A stretch of 63,655 bases of DNA, counting the filler, from Neoconidiobolus thromboides FSU 785 (taxonomy: Eukaryota > Fungi > Entomophthoromycota), in assembly GCA_025603075.1 (NCBI GenBank). It is 7 parts of 7 records of this genome, joined end to end, with 100 filler letters (N's around TTAATTAATTAA, not from the genome) between each part and the next. Parts side by side here need not be neighbours in the genome. Positions count along the whole stretch, not along the records: positions 1 to 21,522 come from MU626543.1; 6 more parts are not named here. One strand, given 5' to 3'. The notes below the pieces were generated by a model. It did no database searches. It saw nothing but the letters and a program-made list of their open reading frames with translations, and had not been told where the DNA came from. Below, one piece after another: positions 1 through 11,840 of the stretch (within the stretch, counting starts at the first letter, position 1; every line of letters starts with the position of its first letter). Both the position numbers and the translations under genes were made by a program.

Positions 1-324
1 CTTCTGGTTGATCATACCATCTATTTCGATCTTTTGAATAAGAAAAATCATAATCTTTACGATGGTTACTATTATGATAATCACGTACTTGTTGATTGTT
101 GAATGATTTTAAATACTCATCATTAACCTTAAAATTTACTGGTTTTTTAACACTTGAAGTAGATAATGCACGTCCATTTATCACTATTTAATAAAGTTAT
201 TAAGATAAAAAAGAACTTTAAAAAAGCACTTACACATGGCTCTCATACCAATGCCAACAATACCATGTTGAATTAAATGAGTGGATTGTTGAACTGGGAT
301 TACTAATAATGTATTACTTAGCAT
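1..324 (-). CDS. 5' fragment of a hypothetical protein (2 exons visible, runs off contig end); inverted duplicate of 21199-21522
   Basis: ATG at 324, GT-AG intron of 50 nt, spliced ORF MLSNTLLVIPVQQSTHLIQHGIVGIGMRAMLINGRALSTSSVKKP...RNRWYDQPE. The R-A-L-S-T-S motif hints at a mitochondrial presequence (inference). Confidence 0.7.
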
Positions 325-338
325 AGTCGAAATTTTTT
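1..338 (-). repeat. Left arm of an inverted repeat bounding contig 1-21522
   Basis: Reverse complement of 21185-21522 with no indels; one mismatch seen (224 vs 21299, intronic). Confidence 0.95.
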
Positions 339-1529
339 GCATAGTATTTTATTGATATTTCACTATATATATACTATTTATGGAAAAATATTTGTTGAAT
401 GTCTTTTGTTTGTTAGATCATTGATAATGTTAACATCTTTTATTTTTGTCCTATAAAGTTTATTGACAAGTTCTTTTAATCGGGGTGGGATAAACTCAAA
501 AATATTTCTCGGCGCTTTTGATTTTAGTTTTACCTTTACTTTAGTCAATTTTATAAAACTTGTATAGTTTAATCGGTTAAATATCTTCACTTTGCATCCT
601 ATAAGACTGAAGAATACAATACGTATTTTCTTAACTTATTCCCATATACAAAAATTCACCTTACGTAATAAATTAGTAGTTTCAAACTAAATTAGATTTT
701 TTACAAATTAGATATTTGAAGAAAAAAATGGAACTTACTATTTTTGATTTAGTAAATCAACTTTAAAGTTAACTAAGACTATTTTCTATTAATAATTTTA
801 AGATTTTGATAAACTCATTTATTTTTAATTATTAAATAATAAATAATATTTTAAAATACATAATTCAAGTTTGATTTTTAATATGCTTAATTAAAATAAG
901 GTAAAGATAAACTTTATAAAGCTTTTTTATGGATGACTTTAATTTATATTATTTTATTTTTATTTACTTTCTTAGTTAATGACTATTAAAAATAAACTCA
1001 CTTTGTTTAAATTTTTTATTTGAAAAAATCATAATAGCTTGAAAATACTTTATTAAACTTAATAAACAAATGTTATTTAAGAAAACTAGCTTATTTAAGT
1101 CAATGCTAAAATTAATATAAAAGTATTGAAAAAGTATTACTTTAATTAAGAAAATTTCATAATAGCATTTGGGTTTTTTGTTACACTGGAGCTTAAGTTT
1201 TGATAGCAATATTAATAAATATTCTACAAATTTATAAACTTGGATAATATTTATAAAACTTTAACTAATTTAAAAAAGTTAATTAAAACTGCCTTATAAT
1301 ATTCAATAGCACAATGCATATATGTATGTTTTTTAGCTTTATCAATTTTTCGATTTTATAGGTTTGTTTTAACTAAAATATTTATTAAGTTATAATTGAA
1401 TTAATATATATATATAAATAAAATAAAAATTTATAAAATTTTTATAGTTTAATTAGACCTCCAGTTTTTTTAAAATAAAATTAAAATATAATACGTAGCA
1501 AGTTGTTTACAGAGCTTTAAATTAAATCA

Positions 1530-2200
1530 GCTAATTCTAGTCTATAAATCCTTAAAAGTGAAGGATATCTGAAAACCTTAAAATGAAAATGCTGAATTTT
1601 ATATAATTATTTAATTTAATTTTTTACTAAAGAAAAAACTGTATTTATTTATAGTAAAATAATTTTAGTTTATGAAAACTTTTACTTTAGAAGAACTACA
1701 GTTTATAAATAGTATGGCTACTAAAAAAGTAAATCAAAAAAATAAGTTATTTTTATTAAAGCTATCAATACTAAAATTATAAAGTTAAATAGTTTATGTA
1801 AAATTTAATGGTTTGTAGCTGGAGATAAAATTTATTATAGGTTAATAAGCAGAAAGTTGCTAAGTTTTGGTTTATATAATTAAAATAAACTTAAAATATA
1901 AAAAATAGTATATAATAACTTATAGATTATATAAAACAAACATAATAAAAAACACAGCTCTATAGTCTATTGTGGAATTTTTATAAAAAGTACTTAATTC
2001 TATCAATAAAACAATACTGAAAAATAATCTGAAAAAAAAATTATATCAAAAAGTTTCTTCTAATATTTTAAAAATATTATAATTTATACATCAAACAATA
2101 GTAGCTATAATATATTTTATGATCATTATATTAAGATTTATTTGCAATTTAATAGCTATTATTTATAACAAAATTTAAAAAAATAATTTCATATTCTGAT
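1530..2200 (+). mobile_element. Possible heavily decayed Tc1/mariner-type transposase relic
   Basis: Stop-riddled frame containing WFVAGDK (1809-1829, resembling the IVTGDE first-Asp motif) and KKHSSIVYCGIF (resembling the ..SVMVWxGI motif). Very AT-rich; recognised by eye only. Confidence 0.3.
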
Positions 2201-2235
2201 CTAATACTTTTAACTTGAACTTGCTTTTTATGATA

Positions 2236-2337
2236 TGGGGCTATTTTTTTTTGGCTTCATTACTTTTTCTATCTTTTAAGCACTCTTTGAATGGAAAATT
2301 TGTTAGTAGAATTCTTAAACATAAAAATACATCCCCG
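2236..2337 (-). mobile_element. ~100-bp MITE copy
   Basis: TGGGG...CCCCG ends, TA on both flanks, matches family consensus. Confidence 0.8.
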
Positions 2338-2632
2338 TATTATCCTAAAGTAATAGCTTAATTAAATATATATATAAAAATAACCAGCAATTAAATATAT
2401 ACTATAAAAACTTTAACTACTAAATAGATCTTAAATTGTATAAAAACTTTAGTGAGACTATATCTTATGTGGAATATCACTTTATTAGCTCTCGGATTAA
2501 TTGTAACATAGCAATCCTTTAACTTGTTTATAAAACTAATTATAGTCTTGTAATCAACTTGACCACAATTCATGTGGTACAATCAGTTTAGTTCATTATT
2601 TTGGTTTGTTGTCAGAATTTCTACTGCCTAAT

Positions 2633-3114
2633 TGTGAAAGACATTACCCTCTTTTTTGATATTCATACTTAGTAGCCATGGTAAAGAATAATCATTATTA
2701 TACTCATTATATGGGGATGTGTTTTTGTGTTTAAGAATTTTACTAACAATTTTTCCGCTAAATAGCGTTCAAAAATGGAAAAAATAATGAAGTCAAAAAA
2801 AACATTCCCATATATAGCCATCCAGTTGGAATATAAAAGGAATTTTTCAACATAATAATTCGAGGTTTTTTAATTGAATTGTTTCCTGATATTATACCTT
2901 TAACAAACCCACCAAATCTTTCTGATACTATTTTACGTAGATTTTACAGTAATATTGTCTGTCCTATTTATCTTACATAGTCTGTACCCTATTACGTGCT
3001 ATTATTCATAGCTCAAGTCTATCTTAGCCACATAAACTAAGACTTTTCGACTTACAGCTAGTTAACCAAGCAAGAACTGCTTTTGACTTCAACTACTGAG
3101 TATCAGATTTCATT
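2633..3114 (+). mobile_element. Degenerate solo LTR with a nested MITE
   Basis: Starts TGTGAAA; 2830-3112 aligns with the LTR copies at 8423 and 21945 (tataaaag...tcgagg...ttcgactta...tcagatttca). Confidence 0.65.
2712..2810 (+). mobile_element. ~100-bp MITE copy (inside LTR)
   Basis: TGGGGATGT...ACATTCCCA, TA flanks. Confidence 0.85.
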
Positions 3115-3423
3115 AAGTATTAAATATAAAATTCAGTGCTTAGTAATTAAAGTTGAAATTTATTTTAAACTAATTAACAAGAAAACTAATAAATCGTAGT
3201 TTATATAATTAAAACAAATTTAGCATAAATAATACATAATAGCTTAAATTACGTAAAATAAATAAAAAATATATGGATTTTATATAAAATATTTAAAATA
3301 ATTTAATCAATTGTAATAGTGGGGATATTTTTCATAATGATTCTAGCTATTTTTTTATGAAAATTTTAATATATCAAAAGCAAGTGTAAAGCAAGTATTG
3401 AAGTTTTAAAAACTTTAAAAATA

Positions 3424-3523
3424 TGGGGATGTTTTCTTGATTTCATTATTTTTTCCATTTTTTAAACGCTATTTGAGTGGAAAGATTGTTAGTAAAATTC
3501 TCAAATACAAAAAAACATCTCCA
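3424..3523 (-). mobile_element. ~100-bp MITE copy (tandem pair, first)
   Basis: TGGGGATG...CATCTCCA; shares a single TA (3524-3525) with the next copy. Confidence 0.85.
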
Positions 3524-3525
3524 TA

Positions 3526-3626
3526 TGGGAGTGTTTTCTTTGGCTTCATTACTTTTTCCATCTTTTAAGCATCATTTGAGTGGAAAAATTATTAGTAAAA
3601 TTCTTAAATACAAAAATACATCCCCA
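3526..3626 (-). mobile_element. ~100-bp MITE copy (tandem pair, second)
   Basis: TGGGAGTG...CATCCCCA, TA flanks. Confidence 0.85.
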
Positions 3627-3699
3627 TATGTAGTTTAAAATTGCTTTTAACCAATAAGTTAAAAAATTTGCCATTTTTTACAAAATACAAAGTTTTATA

Positions 3700-3980
3700 G
3701 TTAGGAAAATTATGAATATCATTTTTTAAAATATAAAGGAGGTTTTACTAATAGACAATATAACCAAACATAATAATATAAATAAGATACTATACTAATA
3801 AATTCAAAAAATTGATATAAAAAAGACATAAACATTCAAAAAACCTTTTGTTATTACATGATAATCCAGGAGTATATATATAATTACCTAAACTGCAATC
3901 AAACAAAACAAACTTTAATAAATTACCCACTGTATAGTCCAGACCTAGTTCTAAATAATCAGTATTTATCTTTAAAGTTG
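3700..3980 (+). pseudogene. Mariner-like (DDxxD) transposase relic, catalytic-domain fragment
   Basis: Colinear motifs with stops and frameshifts: RKIMNIIF*NIKEVLLID (cf. KKVMxxVFWDxxGVLLID), KRHKHSKNLLLLHDN (cf. KKRP...VLLLHDNA) and YSPDLVLNN (cf. YSPDLAPSD). Confidence 0.75.
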
Positions 3981-4007
3981 AAAAAAAAAATTGCAAAAAA
4001 ATTAATA

Positions 4008-4101
4008 GTGGGGATGTATTTTTAAGATTTTACTAATAATTTTTCCGCTCAAATAGTGCTCGAAAAATGAAAAAGTGATGAAACCAAAAAAACACCTCCA
4101 C
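4008..4101 (+). mobile_element. MITE copy (short variant, GTGGGG...CTCCAC ends)
   Basis: Matches the consensus core; TA flanks lie outside an extra G/C pair. Confidence 0.8.
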
Positions 4102-4489
4102 TATTATTTTAAATATTTTAAAAACATAAGTATTTTTTTAAGGTATAGATAAATTGATTTTTGAATCAAAAAAATGTATAAAGCTTAAAGGAGATACATG
4201 AGAAAATAATATAATTTTAGTTTAAGATTAATCTGTTTTTCCTCAAACTTTTTGACCTCCTCCTATTAATTTCGTAAAATTGAATCGAAATTTAAGTTTA
4301 AATCAAGGGCCAAATTTAGCAAAGTCATTTTTATCGTTCTTAATCAAACAGAACAAATGACCAAAATTGAATGCATAGCCAATGAAGTGGGGTTGCATGG
4401 AAATTTAAATTGTCATTTAAAAGGGCAAGGAGAAATTTGAATTCCTATTAATCGCTCTACTCTTTTCAATAAAAAAATCGAATTAAATA

Positions 4490-6384
4490 ATGATGGATGA
4501 TAATAATATGGACATAACTTTTCCAAGTAGCGCTAAAGTCAATAAAAAATTAGCTTCTGGTTTAAGTAATTTAGAATTTGATCCTTGGTCAACTAAACCA
4601 GCTTCTGAGTTGCCCACGCTATTAAAAACGGAATTAAAAGTATCCAATCCATCAGAAAAGGAAACAGGTAACATAAAATACAGCTGATTTAGGTTTATAA
4701 TAATATTAAACTTTTTATATAAAAGAAATTAAATGGCAAGGTACGATGAATGAAGCAATCTTACCTATTAATAGTAATAGAGATTCATTTTATGAGTCAA
4801 GTAGTAATTTTATGGAAAATACAGAAGGTTTGATAACAGATAGTACCAGTCCTCCTAACGCCAATTTAAATTTCGATTGGGATAAAAATTTGTATTTTGC
4901 ACCAACAACGGATTTAGAAGCCGAGTTTAAAGATAATCAAATTAATAATATGATTCAAGCGGAGAAAATATTCGTTCAGGAAAAAGCAATAACAAAGACA
5001 GTAAGTTTTCTCAATAATTAATTAAAATAATTTGCTTAAAATAAACTAAAATAGAAATCCCATCCTCATCAAATTAAAAATTTTCACTGGGATAATTATT
5101 TACCTGAAGAAACATTAGTGTTTAAATTAAAAGATATACCCAAAATCGTTGAAACTTTAGTTACTAACGTCAATGTTAATCCAAGTTATGAAACTTTATT
5201 ATCTCCTGCTAATGGTTTATTTTTATATGCTAGATATGCTCATCAAATTCAATCGGAAGCTTTATTTAATGGTTTATTGAATTTGGCAATTCATACTATA
5301 CAAAATATTGTTAAAGTAAATTAAGTTATAATTTATTAAATTAAACTAACATAGAACATAAATATAGAACAAAACCCATGATGCCATTATATTAAGTTTT
5401 TGGATTACAAATTGTAATCAATTATTATATTATTTAAAGAGAGATCATGGATTATCAGTGGCTACAATAGAACAACAAGTATTATTGCCAGAAATTATAT
5501 ATGATGCTTATACTTTTTTAATCTTAGGAGTTCAAGATCAATTGCTAAGATTATTAGAAAAATGTATGTTACAACATGATATTATTCCTGGATTAGAAGA
5601 TTTAGAATTTAAAGATCGAAAAACAAGCAGTAAATCCCATAATAGAAGAAGAAGTAAAACAAGATCTTTATCTCCTAGACAGTTACCTTATTCACCAAGA
5701 ACTATAACAACAGTGTTAGCTTCAATTCATAATGTATTTGAAACCTATCTAGTTCATCAGTCAATTGTTTTAAGATGCTTTAATCAATTATTTTATTTTG
5801 TTGCTACTTCATTATTTAATTCCATCTTAAAATCAACGACTAATTGTTGTAGAGCAAAAGCGTTACAAGTTCGGATGAATTTGTCAAATTTGGAAGAATG
5901 GGCTAGAAATCAATATCCAGAAGTTACTCATAATAATATTACTTTACAATTTAAACCCTTGATTCAATTATTAGAGTTATTACAATGTGTTACTAGATTA
6001 AAAACATTAAACAGTTTTTTGGAAACTATAACTACATTTGATACTTTAACTGCAATTCAAATATATATTGCTTTGAACAATTATTATTATGAAGTTGATG
6101 AAGAGCCTTTAAATAAAGAAATATTGAATTTAGTTAAATCAAGAGCAATTAATTATCCAAATGATAAGATACCTAATAATATAAAGGAATTGAATAATAA
6201 TAATAAAATGAATAATAATAATAATAAAATGAATATTATTAATATTAAAAATGGAATAAGAAATAGTTATCATATGTTGCCATTTGGTACTCCAAATCAA
6301 TTAGAAATGGATCATTGGTGGTCCGATTATGCCCCTTTTTTACCAATGGACTTAATACATGAAATCAATGAAGATGAAGATTAA
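4490..6384 (+). CDS. Dilute (DIL) domain-containing protein, 4 exons (4490-4667, 4726-5000, 5055-5315, 5368-6384)
   Basis: GT-AG splicing joins four ORF-track pieces in frame. Motifs FHWDNYLPE..., PANGLFLYARYAH, SFWITNCNQLLYYLKRD and FNQLFYFVATSLFNSIL...LQVRMNLSNLEEW are typical of fungal DIL-domain proteins. Confidence 0.85.
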
Positions 6385-6402
6385 ATTGAAGATATTTTCA
6401 AT

Positions 6403-6403
<1 letters not shown>

Positions 6404-6440
<37 letters not shown>
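6404..6440. repeat. (TAT)12 microsatellite in the 3' intergenic region
   Basis: Read directly from the sequence. Confidence 0.95.
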
Positions 6441-6442
<2 letters not shown>

Positions 6443-6643
6443 ATAAAAAGTAACGATTTTTTTAATTAAAAATAAATAGTTTATTACTACAAATATTGAA
6501 TTTTATCATCACTTTTTAAATTATACTATTATTTATTATAACATATTTTAAATATTCATTTGATCTTTAATTATTTTATATTATTTAAATAATCTTATCG
6601 TAATTTATAACTTTACACTAATCACATCCTCCTTAATATTTTT

Positions 6644-8036
6644 TTATTTTTTATTTTCCAAAAATTGTTTTAATTGCTGTTTCCTAGATTCATTACTCCA
6701 AACTCTACCAAATTTAGGTAGCCATAATTCATTATTTTCTTTATTATTTTCATTATCTAATAAATTGAGTTTTAGTTAACATTTCTTTAAACTATTATAA
6801 CAAAATAACAATAATTACTAATTCCTGCTTCTTCTTGTCTTAATATTTTACTAATCTTTGAATTTTTCTTTTTAATTTTCTTTAAGAAACCTTCAATACT
6901 TGGTCCATAGAAAGGGGTTGGTGACTTTGTTATATTGGTTGTCATCCATGGTGGTACTAAAAGTTTATTAATAACAATGCTATTTTTATAATAAATAATT
7001 TTATTTAGTTGTTACCATTCCCTTCTTGATTTACATTCTTAAATTCTTCCTTTGGTTTAACCCGACTTATTTTTTTTAATTCTAATATTTAATATATAAT
7101 CAATGAAAAATAAAAAATAAAAAATAAATATTACTAGTTGGTAAATCCGACAGTTTAATAGTCCTATTTTTTCTGATATTATTATTTATACAGATATCAT
7201 CCACTTCATCCCTTTCTCTTTTAATATTAACTTTTTGCAACAATAAACTAGAACTCTAAATCCTTTGGATAAGCATGAAAACTATAAAGCAAAATCAAAA
7301 TTTACTTTAAAACTTCTTTCTTTTTCATTATCAACTTCAATCTTATCTATAGATCATTGAATTTTATTATGATTTAATTTAAAACATTTAACTAATACCT
7401 CCTTCTCTATTTTTATTTAAATCAAATTCATCTATTATGTTGTTTTCAACTTTATATTTTATTAATATTTCTTTACACTTATCCTGATACTAAATCAAAA
7501 AGCAATTAACCTAATCTTTTTCATCCGTTTCCTCTCACTTACCTTCTCCCACTCTTTTTTATTCAACCAAAACTCTTCCTTTTTAAACATTTCTTTTTCT
7601 TTCCCCTTTCGATCCGTTTTCTTTACCAAATAAGCCTTATTCAATTCCCAAAAATAATTAACTTTTTTAAAATGTGTTTGATGATTCCAATGTAAATAAA
7701 TAAAATCAGCAATAAATTGGAGTCCTAACTTTTTAGTCTTTAATTCTCTTTGACAAATTCCACAATAAAATAAAGGTTGTTCGGACCCATCGGTAGACAA
7801 CAAAGGTTCCTCTAGAAACAAAAGGTGCTTATCAAAGTTCTATAAGTTCAATTTAAAAAAGTAAAGTTGAACTAGTTTGAAGTTGTTGCTATTTAATTTA
7901 CCTGTTTTATTTTACTTAATTGATATTTGACATTTTCAATATGTTTTTTGGTATAATAATGTTTTTTATGGCCTTCTGTAGACAGTTTACATATTGAACA
8001 ATAATATAAATCTTCAGAGTTGATCACTGATTTCAT
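6644..8036 (-). CDS. CENATAC: CENATAC/CCDC84 orthologue (zinc-finger, minor-spliceosome-associated; plant TITAN-like family), about 7 exons
   Basis: Spliced product: MKSVINSEDLYYCSICKLSTEGHKKHYYTKKH (ZnF1), FYCGICQREL...HWNHQTHFKKVNYFWELNKA (ZnF2), GNVPPWM...YGPSIEGFLKK and WLPKFGRVWSNESR. These parallel the CCDC84 motifs [33 protein letters not shown] and WLPSFGRVWN recalled from memory. Confidence 0.8.
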
Positions 8037-8131
8037 TTAATTTAATAAAAATAAAGTAGAAACAAATAAAAAATTGAATCAAGTGGAAGTTTCAATGCAT
8101 TTTTTGTGACGAGCATTGAAATTTTTAAATA

Positions 8132-8229
8132 TGGGGATGTATTTTTTCGTTTAAGAATTTTACTGAGAATTTTTCCACTCAAATAGTAGTTAAAAAATGG
8201 AAAAGTAATGAAATCAAAAAACATCCCCA
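8132..8229 (+). mobile_element. ~100-bp MITE copy just upstream of the CENATAC start
   Basis: TGGGGATGT...ACATCCCCA, TA flanks. Confidence 0.9.
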
Positions 8230-8422
8230 TATGTTGTGATTTTAAACTTGAAATCAAATCAAGTTTTTGATATTTATTATAGGTTGGAGTTATACAACAT
8301 CTTATAAATAGATTTAAGTTTGTAGTATATATCATATTTTCAATCCTATTTTTATAAACTATAAATCGCTTTTTATATTTTTTGTATTTTTTATAATAAT
8401 AAATACTTTAATTTATAACAAT

Positions 8423-8883
8423 TGTGAAATATTGCTTTGTCAGTCCCATGGTTAATTATAGCATAACAATCGCCTAAGCTGCTGTGTTCTTGAGTTCAGA
8501 GAAAATCAGTCCCACGCTCTTAGTTTGATTTGCTATAAGAATTTCTAGCTCCATCCCAAAGAATATTATCTTCTCGTTTTGATACTTATACTTTTCAGAG
8601 TATAAAAGAGTTTACAGAGTATAGTAGTTCGAGGCTTTTTAACTGAATTATTCTTTGATATCTCGAATATTTAATAAAGCCACTAAGTTTTAATAGTATT
8701 TTTCGTAGATTTTACATTAGTGTTATCTATTCTATTTGTCTTATATAGTTTGTAACCTATTACGTGCTATTCCTAATAATCCAAGTCTATCTTAGTCACA
8801 TAAACTAAGACCTTTCGACTTATAGTGTAGTCAACCCAGCAATAGCTGTTCTTGACTCCAAACCCTGAGTACCAGATTTCACA
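8423..8883 (+). mobile_element. Solo LTR (461 bp)
   Basis: TG...CA ends with 8-bp terminal inverted repeat TGTGAAAT/ATTTCACA, internal TATAAAA and AATAAA, dispersed copies. No clear TSD. Confidence 0.75.
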
Positions 8884-9336
8884 GCTTAAATTAAAAATAC
8901 TAAATCAAAAATAATTGATATTTTAGTTAGTTTATTCTTAAAAATAGTAGCTATTAGGATTAGTTATACTATTTCTGCTTAAGCCATTTTAGCTAATTAT
9001 AACTTGACATAACAAAAATTTATGATTAAAATTATTTAACTAGTATGATTAATTAAATAACTTCAAAAATTTAAATAGCTAAATGCTATTTTAGCATTTA
9101 ATTAGTGGTCAGAAATTAGACACTAACATTCTACTACTATGTCAACAAATCAATATTTGTTTATTGGTGTAATCCAATCATTATCAAAATAAAGTTATAT
9201 AATTGGATAAAATGATTTTATTCCAACTTTAGTCAAAGTTGGTAATTTCATTTGACTAATCCTTAGAAGTATTTCTTCCCTTTCAGATTTTAAATTCCTT
9301 TTTTCTAATTTCTTAGATCAAACACAGTAATCCAAC

Positions 9337-11840
9337 ATGGATATGAATTTCTTACAATTAATTAGTCAAGAGCAAACAAGTACATATCAAGACAACGATG
9401 TTGTCCTAAGACATAGATCCCCATCCCCAATCTTAGACGAAAAAGAAGAAGGAAGACGAAGGGAATCGATGTTAAATGATTCTTATTTGAAACAAATGCA
9501 ATATGAAAATTCCATTTCTGAATTAAAACCTAATAAGGTGAGATTTGACTATATCTTAAAAAAATCATTATATTAAGATTCCACCCAATTAACTCAATTA
9601 CTTTATAGGCAATTTCTAATTTCAATTTCGCTTTCAACAACCCAACTGTCATGGCCCATCGTTATTTTCGCTCGCAAGAACGAAGTGCTACTATCCCCTT
9701 AAGTTATGATTTATTTATTGGACAAAGTAAAGAAGAATGCGAGCGAAATCGAGGGAATAGAAAAAACCCCAACTATACTACATTAAAAAGAAAAGTTTAT
9801 TTTCCTAATGGAGAAAGAAGGGTATTAAATGTGGAAACTAATTTTAATAGAGAAGTTTATGTTACGGAAAATGAAAAGAGGGTCAAAAAAGAATTGGAGG
9901 AGGTAGAGTGCGATTATGGAAACATTCAAGTGGAAGAAAAGTTGTTTCATTTTCCCAAATTATTGGAGACAGGGGAAGTGGTTTATAATATGAAGGAAGA
10001 AGGGCAGCTGATAAAGGAGGAAAAAGAGGAAGAACTCAAAAAGAAACCAAAAAAATATAAATATACGCTGTATGATTATGATTATGGTATTGAAGTTACT
10101 GAGCCTATAGAGGAGATTATTGCGGATAAACCACAAGGCGAAGTTAATTCTCATGAGAGATTGATAGAGAGGTATGAAGAAAACAAAATAATTGATAATG
10201 GTAATAGCAATGATTATATGGATATTAGAGTGAAGGAAGATGAGGAGGAAATTATTGAAGAGATTATAATTGAACAAAGTAATAACATAGGAAAAGAATT
10301 AAGTTTAAAAAATGAAGAGGTTGAAATTATGGACTTTACCAAAATGGATGAAATTATAAACTCAAATCTTAATTCAGAGATAGTAATGGATCAGCATAAT
10401 ACAAAAATAGATCCAACAACAACTAATAAAAATGAAGTGAATATTTTTAAAGAAGAATTATATCGATCAGTAAGCTTAAAGAATGGTAATGGATTATATC
10501 AGTTAGATGAAATTGGCCATAGTAAAATTCAAGCTTTATGTGATTTAAAAAACAATACTACAATAAAAACAAAGTTGATAAGAGAAAGGCAAACCGATGT
10601 GATTAGGAATATAAATCGATGCAATCAATTAGTAACTCAAGAATACGCTGATTCTGATCTAAAACTTGAGGGATGGGATTATCTTAATAAACAGGTTGCT
10701 GCTTGTTTAAAAATTGAAGCTAATGAACGACCGGATTTAGATTATGATTCCGAAATCTCATCAGATGAAGAAGAAATCATAATGGAACGTAAACCTATCA
10801 ATGAAGTTATTCAACAACAAATGGGAAAGGATGGTCCTTCTTTAATAAAATCCGATGAAGAAGAACATGATATTGAAGAAGAAAATTTCAATTGGATTGA
10901 TTTCCATAATCCAAAGAAAGGATTTGATACATCTGTTCAATTTAACAAAAACAATGGGGATTCTAGATTAGAGCATTTATTAAGAGAATTCAACAATGAT
11001 AATTTACAAGCGGATAAACTAGTCAAATTAAACCGAATATTAACGGATACGTTTGGACCAAGAGTAATTGCCAAAAAACATGAATTAGAACAATTGCCTG
11101 AATTTTTCAGAAACTATGCTTGGACAAGTGAGCGACCTAGATTATATGATGTCAAAGATTGTTCAATTCAAAATAAATTTAAACAACAGAATGAAAGTTA
11201 TAATGGTAAAGTGGCACCCGAGATTAATAATATAATTCAAGAAGAAATGATATTTCAATTATTTCCAGAAGTTAAAGAGTTGAGAAAACAAGCAGATAAT
11301 ATGGAATGTTTAGAAAATGGGATCAAAAGAAAGAGAGATTTAGATCTCGTACCAAAATTAAAAATGAATACTAAAAGCATTGAAAAAACACGTTTACAAA
11401 ATTATCGTGCTATGGATATGGAATTGTTTTATTTAAAACCTGATACTGATCCAAGTGAGGTGAGGACCTTAATATGTAATAAAAAATTATATCGAATTCG
11501 TATGGAAAATCGAACTTCAAATACACCAGATAAACATAAAATTTCGGATAAACATGCACCAAGAAACTATAAACGTCCTAAATTGGCAATGAATAATGTA
11601 AACAATAAAAAGAATCAATTGATGGAAGGAAATTTAAAATATGGAGTGGCTTTAGAGGATCCAATACATGTTAATACAATTGAAGATAATGTAGGTTTAG
11701 TGAGAGTTACTAAACATTTAGATGATATTTACATGCCATTGGGAGAGCTGCCTTTTGAATATTTTAAAAGTAATGAAGAGTTATGGAGATCGAATACGAA
11801 CACCCATTTGGAAGATGAATTTAGGGGTGTTTTCAATTAA
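9337..11840 (+). CDS. Hypothetical Glu/Lys/Asn-rich protein, 2 exons (9337-9537, 9609-11840), 810 aa
   Basis: GT-AG intron joins the 79-aa and 729-aa ORFs in frame; no family recognised. Confidence 0.8.

Noticed and set aside
378-2582. Short AT-rich ORFs (378-590, 976-1209, 2391-2582)
   Set aside because: Composition typical of chance ORFs in very AT-rich DNA.
2236-4101. Clustered ~100-bp repeats as a CRISPR-like array
   Set aside because: Mixed orientation, irregular spacing, 100-bp unit with TIRs, eukaryotic context, no cas genes.
9960-10277. Antisense and overlap ORFs such as 9960-10277, 17978-18196, 47310-47531, 52952-53209, 53214-53510, 57410-57625
   Set aside because: Overlap stronger genes and show no independent motifs.
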